Shown here in pieces: positions 54,050 through 62,314 of a stretch of DNA of 64,000 nt. The stretch lies in sequence record PQ341120.1; one strand, 5' to 3'. The translations under genes and the position numbers were made by a program. How positions within the stretch are numbered: the stretch's first letter is position 1; the number at the start of each line of letters is the position of its first letter. The DNA comes from Escherichia phage EAWsc9. The notes under the pieces were generated by a model, which worked only from the letters and a program-made list of their open reading frames with translations, made no database searches and had not been told where the DNA came from.

Positions 54050-55035
54050 TTCAGCAGCTCCAGAGCCTGTTCCAGTTTATCCAGACGATTAGTTGATTCT
54101 TCCCAAAGTCGCTTGGCTTTGGTATAGTCTTCAGTTGCCTTTTTATTAACAGCAAGAGCTTTATTATACGCCATTTCCAGAGCAACAATTTCAGGCGCTT
54201 TTTGTTCCACTGGCTCATTATTCAGATTATCAATCAGGTCTTCAAGGGTGGTTTCTTGCGGAGCATTCATAATTTCCTCACTTTTCTTTTTATAAATTTC
54301 TGCATCAGTTGGTTGTTTTGCGCATTTAACTTCGCGTAATGTCACCACAATTTTCCAACCTTTCCAACCATGAGTACTGGTGATAGGGTCTACTTTAATT
54401 TTTTCAACAGTACGCATATAATTAAGGGCACACTGCATCTGTGAAGTAAGCGTACTCGCAGCATCAAAATACTTTTTGACATTTTCTGGAGTAGCCACTG
54501 GCGTAAAGAATCCATACTTAGCTGTAATAATTACCTGGTTTTCACCAGACTCTTTAACCTTGACCATGTGCTCAGCCAAATGGGAGATAGTGCGATAATC
54601 GCCACCCATCAGCTTTGTTGCTGATTTGATGATAGACATTTTGTTATCTCTGAATTCACGAGCCCAGCAATTTGCGAATTCAGAAACAGTATAGCCTTGA
54701 TTATCAAGGTAGTATTTTTCAACATCACCAAACCAATGATATCCAATTGTACCTTTACCACGTCTGGATTCAACACCAAACTTATTAAGAAGGTCTTTAT
54801 TAACTAGGTATGCCAGGACTCGGGAACCTTTAAAAGTTTTCTTGATATCATCTTTACCGGCACGACTCGCAATAGTCGCAATGTCTTTCTTGAAGCGACC
54901 GGATGCAACAATCGTCGAGTCAATCTGATTTAACCAGTAATTGATAATTAAAAGGATAGCCGATTCACCTATTAATGGTTTTACTTTTGCATCGATAGTG
55001 GTGTTAAAGGCCTGGATATATTCGTTACGCGTCAT
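54046..55035 (-). CDS. Paralog family member 1 (329 aa) with C-terminal coiled coil
   Basis: RVLAYLVNKDLLNKFG motif shared with next two large genes; heptad-like C-terminus ...[13 protein letters not shown]. Confidence 0.6.
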   Translation of the reverse strand: MTRNEYIQAFNTTIDAKVKPLIGESAILLIINYWLNQIDSTIVASGRFKKDIATIASRAGKDDIKKTFKGSRVLAYLVNKDLLNKFGVESRRGKGTIGYHWFGDVEKYYLDNQGYTVSEFANCWAREFRDNKMSIIKSATKLMGGDYRTISHLAEHMVKVKESGENQVIITAKYGFFTPVATPENVKKYFDAASTLTSQMQCALNYMRTVEKIKVDPITSTHGWKGWKIVVTLREVKCAKQPTDAEIYKKKSEEIMNAPQETTLEDLIDNLNNEPVEQKAPEIVALEMAYNKALAVNKKATEDYTKAKRLWEESTNRLDKLEQALELLK

Positions 55036-55093
55036 AGTGTTCTCCTCATAAAGTAGGAATTCATTATACTCCCTCCATCCTTGGAAGTAAACA

Positions 55094-55969
55094 TTATTTT
55101 AATGCTAAAATCGCCGCCTGCAATTTATTGCGTTGTTTTTCCATGTTCTTGATGCGATTCAGAACATCCTGGATACCCTTTTTCTCATCTTCAATCAGAC
55201 CGTTTAAGCGGTTGACTGATTCCTGGATAGCATCAGCATGATAGCTCTCAATAGGCTTCATTGGTGGGTTAAAGATTTCAAGAGAGCTGTTTGGCTGGAT
55301 TTTCCATTGATACATATTTTTAACTTCCAGTGGTGAAATTTTAGCCTGGTCGTAAGATTTAAACTGACCTGTAACTGCTGGGTTATATGCTGCAGTAGGG
55401 GTTTCCATTTCTGGTTCCTTTTTCTCTTGATAAGGAGCATAAGACAAAAGATATTCTTTAGTTAATTTAATATCAATGACTATAGTTTTAAGGAATTTTT
55501 CTGTTTGATGGATATAATTTGTATCTTCTTCAAACGTGTATGCTTCAACGGCATGACGCATATAAAACAGAGCAATACCCATAACCTCTTTAAAGGTATC
55601 ACAAAGAGCAACATCACCCTTAGTAGTTGGCTTGAACTTAATCTGCACGCCATCGTTCTTGATATTAATAATCAAGTTATCGGAGTTAAAATTATAGTTC
55701 TTGATGTTAACCGGAGCCTTGCGAATACGAAGCCCTGCAGCCAGGATTTCCTTAATGCTCTTACGAACTGTGGCACCAAACAAAAACGCAGGGCGGCGGC
55801 AGTAATCATTCAGAGAGTTAATTCTTACAATACGTTGTCCATACCCCTGGGTGGCAGAACCTGATTTGATTTTACCAAAGTTAACCAGAGAATTCATCGC
55901 GATAAGACGGGTTGCACGACCTTCACGCTGTTCAAATCGAGAATATTCTTTACGTGTTTTAATTTTCAT
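55094..55969 (-). CDS. Paralog family member 2 (~291 aa) with C-terminal coiled coil
   Basis: RATRLIAMNSLVNFGK motif; start ambiguous (ATG 55969 or 55993); C-terminus ...KLQAAILALK. Confidence 0.55.
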   Translation of the reverse strand: MKIKTRKEYSRFEQREGRATRLIAMNSLVNFGKIKSGSATQGYGQRIVRINSLNDYCRRPAFLFGATVRKSIKEILAAGLRIRKAPVNIKNYNFNSDNLIINIKNDGVQIKFKPTTKGDVALCDTFKEVMGIALFYMRHAVEAYTFEEDTNYIHQTEKFLKTIVIDIKLTKEYLLSYAPYQEKKEPEMETPTAAYNPAVTGQFKSYDQAKISPLEVKNMYQWKIQPNSSLEIFNPPMKPIESYHADAIQESVNRLNGLIEDEKKGIQDVLNRIKNMEKQRNKLQAAILALK

Positions 55970-55970
55970 A

Positions 55971-56186
55971 TCATAATCCAAATAATTTTTCATAGAGTTT
56001 AGCAAAAGGCCAGGTCACACACATTATAACAGCGACTACCCAGAATATAGGCCAGCAAAATGTTGTGAACGCCGCATCATACTCGTCCCCACTTTCGTAG
56101 GGACTATCAAACTTGTGGAGCAACAGGGTAGTAATAAAACCTATCACAAGATAACCAAAAATAATACTGATAATCAAAATGGTCAT
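55971..56186 (-). CDS. Small membrane protein (71 aa)
   Basis: ATG at 56186 with SD AAGGA; two TM segments. Confidence 0.45.
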   Translation of the reverse strand: MTILIISIIFGYLVIGFITTLLLHKFDSPYESGDEYDAAFTTFCWPIFWVVAVIMCVTWPFAKLYEKLFGL

Positions 56187-56187
56187 A

Positions 56188-57033
56188 TTAATCCTTAAGC
56201 AATTCAATAACGTTCATCAGTTTCTGACGTTCGGCTTTCGCTGCATTGTTCAGTCCTGACAGACGGAAAATTTCATCATCTTGTTGCTGGATGGTGATGT
56301 TAAGCTCTTCAATCTGTTTAGTGAAAAGCTCAATTTGCTCTGAATATTTTTCATTGCTTCGCACTGGTACGGGTTCCATTTTAGGAGCTTGTTCTGAATG
56401 TTCTTCAGCCAGGTCTTTAATTTTATAAAGTTTAATACGTTGACCTACTCCAGTTTCAGCATCACCAAAACTAAGAACGCCGTGTTGTTCTAATTCAGAC
56501 AGGGCCAAGCGCAGATGGAACTTCCAGTTGTCATATTGACAACCACTAAAAGTTGAAATGGTATACTCATTTTCATTTCCGGGGTGGTTAACAATATTAA
56601 AGATAATCCAATCACCTGAACCGTTAGTCTTAAATGTCATTTGTTTATCAAGACCTTTTGCAAGACGAGCACCAAGGGCCAGTAGACGACGTTGATTAGT
56701 ATTAAGGTCTTTAACAACTTCGCCAAATGACATCGCCGGGATTAAACGACCATAAAGGTCGTAGCCTTTGTTATAATTTTTAAGAATAATTTTGGCATTA
56801 GCACGAGACAACATACCTGTTTTACGAAGAGTTTTCATGACTCGGTCTTCTAAGGTAAACGAACCTTTAGTCTTGTCAAAGATTTTAGTGAAGTCATCTT
56901 TAACAGTACAAACATTGAACTTGTCCCACATCATATATAGGACCTTTTCAACCACTTCTTTAGTGCTTGGAATACGACCGAATTTAACAACTTTTTTAAC
57001 TTCAGAACGAATTTCATTAATTGCTTGCGACAT
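56188..57033 (-). CDS. Paralog family member 3 (281 aa) with C-terminal coiled coil
   Basis: RANAKIILKNYNKGY motif; C-terminus ...KLMNVIELLKD. Confidence 0.6.
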   Translation of the reverse strand: MSQAINEIRSEVKKVVKFGRIPSTKEVVEKVLYMMWDKFNVCTVKDDFTKIFDKTKGSFTLEDRVMKTLRKTGMLSRANAKIILKNYNKGYDLYGRLIPAMSFGEVVKDLNTNQRRLLALGARLAKGLDKQMTFKTNGSGDWIIFNIVNHPGNENEYTISTFSGCQYDNWKFHLRLALSELEQHGVLSFGDAETGVGQRIKLYKIKDLAEEHSEQAPKMEPVPVRSNEKYSEQIELFTKQIEELNITIQQQDDEIFRLSGLNNAAKAERQKLMNVIELLKD

Positions 57034-57096
57034 AATAATTTCCTCAATAGATTAATCAAAGGTCAGAACCATTATACCATCCTTGGTATAAAGCGT

Positions 57097-57621
57097 TTAT
57101 GCGAGAACCGTCTTTAAACGCTCTTCAAACTTCTGAAGGAGTACCTGGCGCTCTGCTCTTTGTTTGGTATAGGTTTCAATACGCTCTGAAGTGAGATTGT
57201 ATTGTTCATTAACTGATTCCCTCATGAATTCAGGAATCTCTTTACATGCTTTGATTTCATTGAACTTATCAAGCACCGCTTGTTGTTCAGCAATCAGACC
57301 ATCATAATATTGGATATCTGATTTGATGTTTTGTACATCAGATTCAGTAGGCATATTTTTCTTCGCTCTTGTCGCCTGATACTCTGCATTAGTCTCTCTT
57401 GACCAGAACAAAGAGCGATTTTTGTTGGTGTTTTTATACACATCAACAATACCTACTGAATCAACAGTCACAATCCAGTTCCAGGCGTTTTTATAAGTTT
57501 GACCACCTGATACTGTAATCTCACCCGCACAAGCAACATCATTAAAGAACTTGCTTTGTGCTTCTGATTTAAAATTACCATTATTGTAATTAATCAGATT
57601 AAAGATTGATTTGGCTTCCAT
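57097..57621 (-). CDS. Hypothetical protein (174 aa) with C-terminal coiled coil
   Basis: ATG at 57621 after promoter cassette leader. Confidence 0.5.
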   Translation of the reverse strand: MEAKSIFNLINYNNGNFKSEAQSKFFNDVACAGEITVSGGQTYKNAWNWIVTVDSVGIVDVYKNTNKNRSLFWSRETNAEYQATRAKKNMPTESDVQNIKSDIQYYDGLIAEQQAVLDKFNEIKACKEIPEFMRESVNEQYNLTSERIETYTKQRAERQVLLQKFEERLKTVLA

Positions 57622-57657
57622 TTTATTCTCCAGTATTTGGTAACTCAGTATGGGAAC

Positions 57658-57686
57658 ATTATACGCCCATCCCCATACCATGTACA
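57658..57686 (-). promoter_or_regulatory. Early promoter cassette (TGTACA-17-TATAAT + CCATACTGAGTTACC leader)
   Basis: Repeated family member. Confidence 0.5.
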
Positions 57687-57689
57687 CAT

Positions 57690-57992
57690 TTAATTAAAAG
57701 TTCTTTCAGTATTTTCACCACTGAACCAGACGCTCTTAACGGCTTGCTGGGCGCGATGTAGCTGCTCTGCCATATAAACACCAAGGGCCTCAGCCTTACG
57801 TGTCCTGTGGGCTTCTGCGGCGACTATTTGCAACTTATCCATCATGATAAGAGCTTTACATTTCTCCTTCAGAGCATATCGCTTCTTCTCTTCTGGAGTT
57901 TTGACCATTCCTCTTAACTTGTGCATTTTCAACTTAAAATGGTCAGCAGATTTCAGACATGCCTCAATCATGTCAAGTTCATACTTTTTCAT
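57690..57992 (-). CDS. Hypothetical basic helical protein (100 aa)
   Basis: SD GAGGA. Confidence 0.5.
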   Translation of the reverse strand: MKKYELDMIEACLKSADHFKLKMHKLRGMVKTPEEKKRYALKEKCKALIMMDKLQIVAAEAHRTRKAEALGVYMAEQLHRAQQAVKSVWFSGENTERTFN

Positions 57993-57998
57993 AATTCC

Positions 57999-58205
57999 TC
58001 ACTTGCGACGACGTTTTGGTAATGGTTTAGGGAAGAACATTGCTTTACCTGCAGGGGTCAAAGTCACACGCAAAGCATTACCAATACCAAGGGATGCTTT
58101 AACCAGACCTTTGGCTTTTAACTCACCAAATGCTTGACGTTGTTCAGGGTCACGAGTGTTAACCATCAGACCTTTTTCACCAGCAGCTTTGATTAATTCT
58201 AACAT
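57999..58205 (-). CDS. Hypothetical basic protein (68 aa)
   Basis: SD GGAGAATAAA. Confidence 0.5.
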   Translation of the reverse strand: MLELIKAAGEKGLMVNTRDPEQRQAFGELKAKGLVKASLGIGNALRVTLTPAGKAMFFPKPLPKRRRK

Positions 58206-58246
58206 TTTATTCTCCGTTTGTTTATTTGGTAACTCAGTATGAAATC

Positions 58247-58275
58247 ATTATGCATCATGACCATCTGGTTGTACA
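58247..58275 (-). promoter_or_regulatory. Early promoter cassette (TGTACA-17-CATAAT + CCATACTGAGTTACC leader)
   Basis: Repeated family member; abuts start of plus-strand gene. Confidence 0.5.
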
Positions 58276-58322
58276 CATATACTAAATAAAAATACTTAAT
58301 AAAACCATAAAGGAGAAAGTTT

Positions 58323-59069
58323 ATGATTTTATCCGGAAGAACTGTTGATGAACTCAATGAAAAAGTCCAGGCTGCCTTGGCTAATAATTGGTATTTGTTT
58401 GGTTCTACTATGGTGTTGCCGAATACCCCTACAGATAGCAAAGAGCGTTTTTTCCAAACTATGTCCAGCTCGGAAACTCAGATACCGGGCCCGCCTGGGC
58501 CAAAAGGAGACCCGGGTGTACCAGGACCAAAAGGAGACCCAGGCGGGGATGGAAAGTCTTCTTATCAGATATGGCTTGACTTGGGAAATACAGGAACTGT
58601 TGATGATTTTTTAACTGATACAGCAGGAAAGAGGGAAAAATCCGAGGTGTTTTGGAGTGGTATAAACGTTCTATTAACTAATGGTACGACTTCAAACATA
58701 ATTAGTGTTTTAAAGGGGATTCCACCGACTGCAGGGACTCTATCTCCGTTTTTTAGAACCACTGATGATAAGTTGTGGCCATATAACCAAGACAGAAGCC
58801 TAATGTTTAAACTCAACCTTATTGGTAATTTTGCAGGAGCCTCGCAAGCTCGAAGTATAACATTAAATTTCGTTGGAACCAACGGAAACACTTATATACA
58901 GAATCGTCCGGAAAATGCTACAGATATTTTGTCTTTTACAACGTTCTTTAGCATTGATAAAGATGGGGCAATGGCAACCAATGGTACAGCTATAACTGTT
59001 ATGCCAAATGGCGGCAACTTTACAATAACCTCTGCATTGTTAGTAGCCGAACAAACAGTGACTTCATAA
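58323..59069 (+). CDS. Collagen-repeat fibre-like protein (248 aa), plus strand
   Basis: Strong SD AAAGGAGAAAG; Gly-X-Y run GPPGPKGDPGVPGPKGDPGGDG followed by SSYQIWLDLGNTGTVDDFL, the motif that follows collagen repeats in many phage fibre proteins; Asn/Thr-rich C-terminal domain. Confidence 0.65.
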   Translation: MILSGRTVDELNEKVQAALANNWYLFGSTMVLPNTPTDSKERFFQTMSSSETQIPGPPGPKGDPGVPGPKGDPGGDGKSSYQIWLDLGNTGTVDDFLTDTAGKREKSEVFWSGINVLLTNGTTSNIISVLKGIPPTAGTLSPFFRTTDDKLWPYNQDRSLMFKLNLIGNFAGASQARSITLNFVGTNGNTYIQNRPENATDILSFTTFFSIDKDGAMATNGTAITVMPNGGNFTITSALLVAEQTVTS

Positions 59070-59077
59070 ACAAAAAA

Positions 59078-59091
59078 GGGCCATCCGGCCC
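59078..59091 (-). terminator. Hairpin (GGGCC-loop-GGCCC) + U-run terminating the minus-strand NTase operon
   Basis: Stem-loop followed by UUUUUUG on minus transcript; sits between convergent genes. Confidence 0.5.
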
Positions 59092-59280
59092 TTAGATTGC
59101 ACTCCAAAAATTATGGAATCTTATAGTATTGATAGCCCAGTTAACAAACCCGCGAGTTTGTTTGGGAGTTGGTTTGCATATGTACTTATTGTTGATTCGT
59201 CTGCCAGTTTCCCGACAGACTGCTTCGAGATACCAGCGCCGACCTTTATTAGGTCTTCCGTATGATAAGAAGACCTTCAT
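59092..59280 (-). CDS. Small basic Cys-containing protein (62 aa)
   Basis: ATG 8 nt after NTase stop; MKVFLSYGRPNKGRRWYLEAVCRETGRRINNKYICKP. Confidence 0.45.
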   Translation of the reverse strand: MKVFLSYGRPNKGRRWYLEAVCRETGRRINNKYICKPTPKQTRGFVNWAINTIRFHNFWSAI

Positions 59281-59287
59281 TTCTTCA

Positions 59288-60298
59288 TTAACGATAATAG
59301 GAATTGTGGTTGTCAAGATATACCTCTTCAACAAACTTGTCCCAGAACTTCATGTCTACCTTATCAGGCATACCATTCTTAGCAGCCTGGATGGCCAGAA
59401 CTTCAACTAAATCGACAGTATCTTCAAGAAGTTCTTGAACTTCTTTAAATGGCAATTCACCAGCTTTAATCAGCTTAATGATAGAGGCTTCACGCAATGG
59501 GAATACCAAGTCACCCGTTTGGTAGATTTCCATCAATTGATACCCTGCACGATAAGCATGGCTCAGTGCTTTCCAATCAATACCTTCGTTAGCTTCTGCT
59601 TTACGAGCACGTTCACCATATTCGGCGTCGAGTTTATTCAGAGATTGCTTGAGCTCGATTAATGACAGAGTAGTTTGGTATTTACGACCGAGGACAGTAT
59701 AGAACGTTTGAGGACCTGTTTTCTCATGGTTATGAAATACCCATTCGCAGAACTCGTTTTCAGGGAGTCTGTGTTTGATATCTTCTACCTTAGTACGTCG
59801 TTGCTTAGCGGAACCATCTTCTTGATAGTCAACCCATTGTTCAGGAATCTGGTTAACAATTTCCAATACACCACGCAGTGCAGCCAATCGAGAACCTTTA
59901 ACACCATATTTGGAAGCTTGCTTACGGACGTACCCCAAATAGGCTTTCATGTTAGTTGTATAGAACCGTGAACGGTTGTCCTGAATAAACTTCCATACAT
60001 CTGGTAAATCGGATTTGACTATCAGGTCAGCCGGGGTGTGAATCATATCCAGAGCAACGGTTTCGCCATCAGCCGCCAGTTTAAAGAAATATTTCAGACT
60101 ATAAAGTTCATGGTCAACATCATCTTTTGTATTTTTGGTAGCCGTGTTATTCGTGTTCAGGTTGGTATGGTTCATCGCGGTTCCGAGCAGGATATCTCGC
60201 GGATGAGGAACAAAGATTTCTTTAAAATCGACATCAGATTCCGGGGTACTTGTTCCATAAAGATGGCTACCGAAGTAGCCTTTCATAATAGCTTTCAT
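59288..60298 (-). CDS. Putative Pol-beta-superfamily nucleotidyltransferase (336 aa)
   Basis: SD GAGGACAAAGA; N-terminus FGSHLYGTSTPESDVDF fits the hG[GS]-x9-13-[DE]h[DE]h NTase signature; start overlaps upstream stop (ATGA). Confidence 0.6.
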   Translation of the reverse strand: MKAIMKGYFGSHLYGTSTPESDVDFKEIFVPHPRDILLGTAMNHTNLNTNNTATKNTKDDVDHELYSLKYFFKLAADGETVALDMIHTPADLIVKSDLPDVWKFIQDNRSRFYTTNMKAYLGYVRKQASKYGVKGSRLAALRGVLEIVNQIPEQWVDYQEDGSAKQRRTKVEDIKHRLPENEFCEWVFHNHEKTGPQTFYTVLGRKYQTTLSLIELKQSLNKLDAEYGERARKAEANEGIDWKALSHAYRAGYQLMEIYQTGDLVFPLREASIIKLIKAGELPFKEVQELLEDTVDLVEVLAIQAAKNGMPDKVDMKFWDKFVEEVYLDNHNSYYR

Positions 60299-60747
60299 TC
60301 TTTGTCCTCGAAGTGGATTACTGGGCACATCTTAGATTTACGAGCTTTGATATATTGAATGAAAACATTTTCTTTAATTTCCTTTCCTTCACGTTTAGCT
60401 TTAATGCGTTCCCATTCTTTTTCTTCTTTACGTAAATCGTACCAGGCCCATAAATTCATTAGACCATACATTAGACCAAATGCTACCGTCAGAATAAGAG
60501 CCAGTGTAGCTAGTCCTAAAATAAACCCTAAGCCTAAACCGACCGGGGTGCTTAATACAAAGAAATGCTCTAATACACCTGCACCCGCGACAGTTAATCC
60601 AAAAACCATACTACCGATAAAAACGGCACAAACAAAACAAGCCCAAACCATTTTCCAGAAATAAGCACACAAAGAGTGTGGACGAGAATGACGGTCATAA
60701 AAACGGTCGTGGAAACGAGCGTGCCATGAGTTTGTATTGATAATCAT
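60295..60747 (-). CDS. Membrane protein (150 aa), His/Arg-rich N-terminus, ~3 TM helices
   Basis: SD AAGGAAA; hydrophobic segments VWACFVCAVFIGSMVFGLTVAGAGV, FFVLSTPVGLGLGFILGLATLALILTVAFGLMYGL. Confidence 0.6.
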   Translation of the reverse strand: MIINTNSWHARFHDRFYDRHSRPHSLCAYFWKMVWACFVCAVFIGSMVFGLTVAGAGVLEHFFVLSTPVGLGLGFILGLATLALILTVAFGLMYGLMNLWAWYDLRKEEKEWERIKAKREGKEIKENVFIQYIKARKSKMCPVIHFEDKE

Positions 60748-60758
60748 AATAATTTTCC

Positions 60759-61319
60759 TTAAGAGTTCATAGTTGGGATAACAGAGTTCAGATAAGAGAC
60801 TAAAACTTTTAGCTCGTCCTTAGTAAATACCACTTCACTTTCGCCGTCATGTCTTTGGACAATAGATAACAGGTCACGGCCGTTATGTTGATGCACAGTT
60901 AATTCAGTATTATAATCTAGTTCCTCTTCATCGCCTTCAAACGTTTCACTAGAGCGAATCAGTGCATCTTGTCCCGGAACTTTCCATTCAACTTCCGGTT
61001 TACATTCTTCCTGGAAGAGTTTGAAAATACAATCAAAGAATTTATCAGAATCGCTAATGCTCAGGCATTCTATACCATTTTCCAGATTAAACCCATTTTC
61101 ATTTTTATAGATATAAGCGTATAGCTCATCGTTAATATCGACAGGAGCACTATTACGTCCATTGAGATAGTCAGCTCTATCCAAAACCATTAAATCATAA
61201 AGTGGTTTAATATCTTGGATAGTCAGTACGATTTTATCGTCTTCTTGGCAAAGCTCGATTGCGTTATTAACCACTTCAGCAGTCAGTTCGCCAAACAATT
61301 CAGTTGTTTCAATAATCAT
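60759..61319 (-). CDS. Hypothetical strongly acidic protein (186 aa)
   Basis: ORF; high Asp/Glu content. Confidence 0.55.
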   Translation of the reverse strand: MIIETTELFGELTAEVVNNAIELCQEDDKIVLTIQDIKPLYDLMVLDRADYLNGRNSAPVDINDELYAYIYKNENGFNLENGIECLSISDSDKFFDCIFKLFQEECKPEVEWKVPGQDALIRSSETFEGDEEELDYNTELTVHQHNGRDLLSIVQRHDGESEVVFTKDELKVLVSYLNSVIPTMNS

Positions 61320-61329
61320 TTTCTGTTCC

Positions 61330-61545
61330 TCAACGGTTATGTTTTAAAATACTATAAAGCGCTTCTACTTGGCTTGCATCCAGGTAAATAACATCATCAT
61401 CTTGCTCAATGGAAATCCCACCGGTATTACCTTTAACAAAATTACATTCGCATACTTCAACTGGGCGGTATACGTCACCAACTGGATGCTCAGGCTCCAG
61501 AACAATCACACCATTTTCAGAATTACCGCTTGGGTCATATAACAT
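61330..61545 (-). CDS. Hypothetical protein (71 aa)
   Basis: ATG at 61545 with SD GAGGAAAA. Confidence 0.45.
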   Translation of the reverse strand: MLYDPSGNSENGVIVLEPEHPVGDVYRPVEVCECNFVKGNTGGISIEQDDDVIYLDASQVEALYSILKHNR

Positions 61546-61636
61546 TACATTTTCCTCACTAACCACGAAAAGAATAAACCGATTAAAATAGGACCTATAA
61601 TCATTGTTGACCAAGCCCAGGGTTCTAAGTAATAAA

Positions 61637-61894
61637 TCATCTCATGCTCCTGTGCCAACAATTTCTTGGTTCACGTTTAAAAATTTCATCATGCATTGAT
61701 TGACAACCAACACAATATATCACACCTTTAATCGCTTGTCTCCGCGCTTCAGGAATTTTTTCGTCGCAGTCAAAACAGAATTCAGCAGACTCCCTTTCAA
61801 CTGCAACTTGTGCTCGTGCGTGAACGATAGCGGCTTGGACAACCGCTTCCATCTCTAACTGTTCAGCACCATCTTTTGCAAATCCAACAGCCAT
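61637..61894 (-). CDS. TraR/DksA-family C4 zinc-finger protein (85 aa)
   Basis: CFDC-x17-CVGC with IPEARRQA between, the TraR/DksA zinc-finger signature. Confidence 0.6.
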   Translation of the reverse strand: MAVGFAKDGAEQLEMEAVVQAAIVHARAQVAVERESAEFCFDCDEKIPEARRQAIKGVIYCVGCQSMHDEIFKREPRNCWHRSMR

Positions 61895-62076
61895 TATTCT
61901 TTCAACTCATTCAGATAAGCAATTAATTCTTCTTTAGAACTATTCAAATCACGCTTGCACTGTTCTATTCCAGAATATGAATAACCTTCACAATATTCAA
62001 CAGCCAGGTCATTGGATGCATTTTCAATGTGCCAGGCGAGTTTGATAATTTTTTCAATCTGTTCAGTAGTTAACAT
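61894..62076 (-). CDS. Hypothetical protein (60 aa)
   Basis: ORF. Confidence 0.45.
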   Translation of the reverse strand: MLTTEQIEKIIKLAWHIENASNDLAVEYCEGYSYSGIEQCKRDLNSSKEELIAYLNELKE

Positions 62077-62080
62077 AATA

Positions 62081-62311
62081 TCACCAGTATTTTTTGATGG
62101 TAGAAATTAATTCTTGGACTTGAGTAGTCTTCAGCTTACACCCACAACCCTTTAAGGTATCTTTAAGGAGCCATGGTTCCTTGAGCTCATCCTTTTCCAG
62201 GCGAATTCTATATCCGCGGTAATCAGCAAATATGCTTCCGTCATCAAATATCTTAATTTCAAGAATATGATTATTGGTTTCATATTCTTGAAACCATGGT
62301 ATTTGTAAGTT
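62081..62311 (-). pseudogene. Start-less 76-codon open frame continuing in-frame after tandem TAA-TGA
   Basis: No ATG/GTG/TTG in frame; ends 4 nt before next gene's ATG; possible pseudogene or recoding site. Confidence 0.25.
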
Positions 62312-62314
62312 TCA

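Noticed and set aside
58565-59107. Minus-strand ORFs 58565..58891 and 58892..59107
   Set aside because: Antisense to the plus-strand collagen-repeat gene, which is longer, has a strong SD and shows Gly-X-Y periodicity.
59092-59280. Small basic ORF as a homing-endonuclease remnant
   Set aside because: Some resemblance to basic DNA-binding tails but no GIY-YIG or HNH catalytic motif could be identified; left as hypothetical.
58323-60747. Diversity-generating retroelement targeting the collagen-repeat protein
   Set aside because: No reverse-transcriptase-like ORF and no template/variable repeat pair near the gene.
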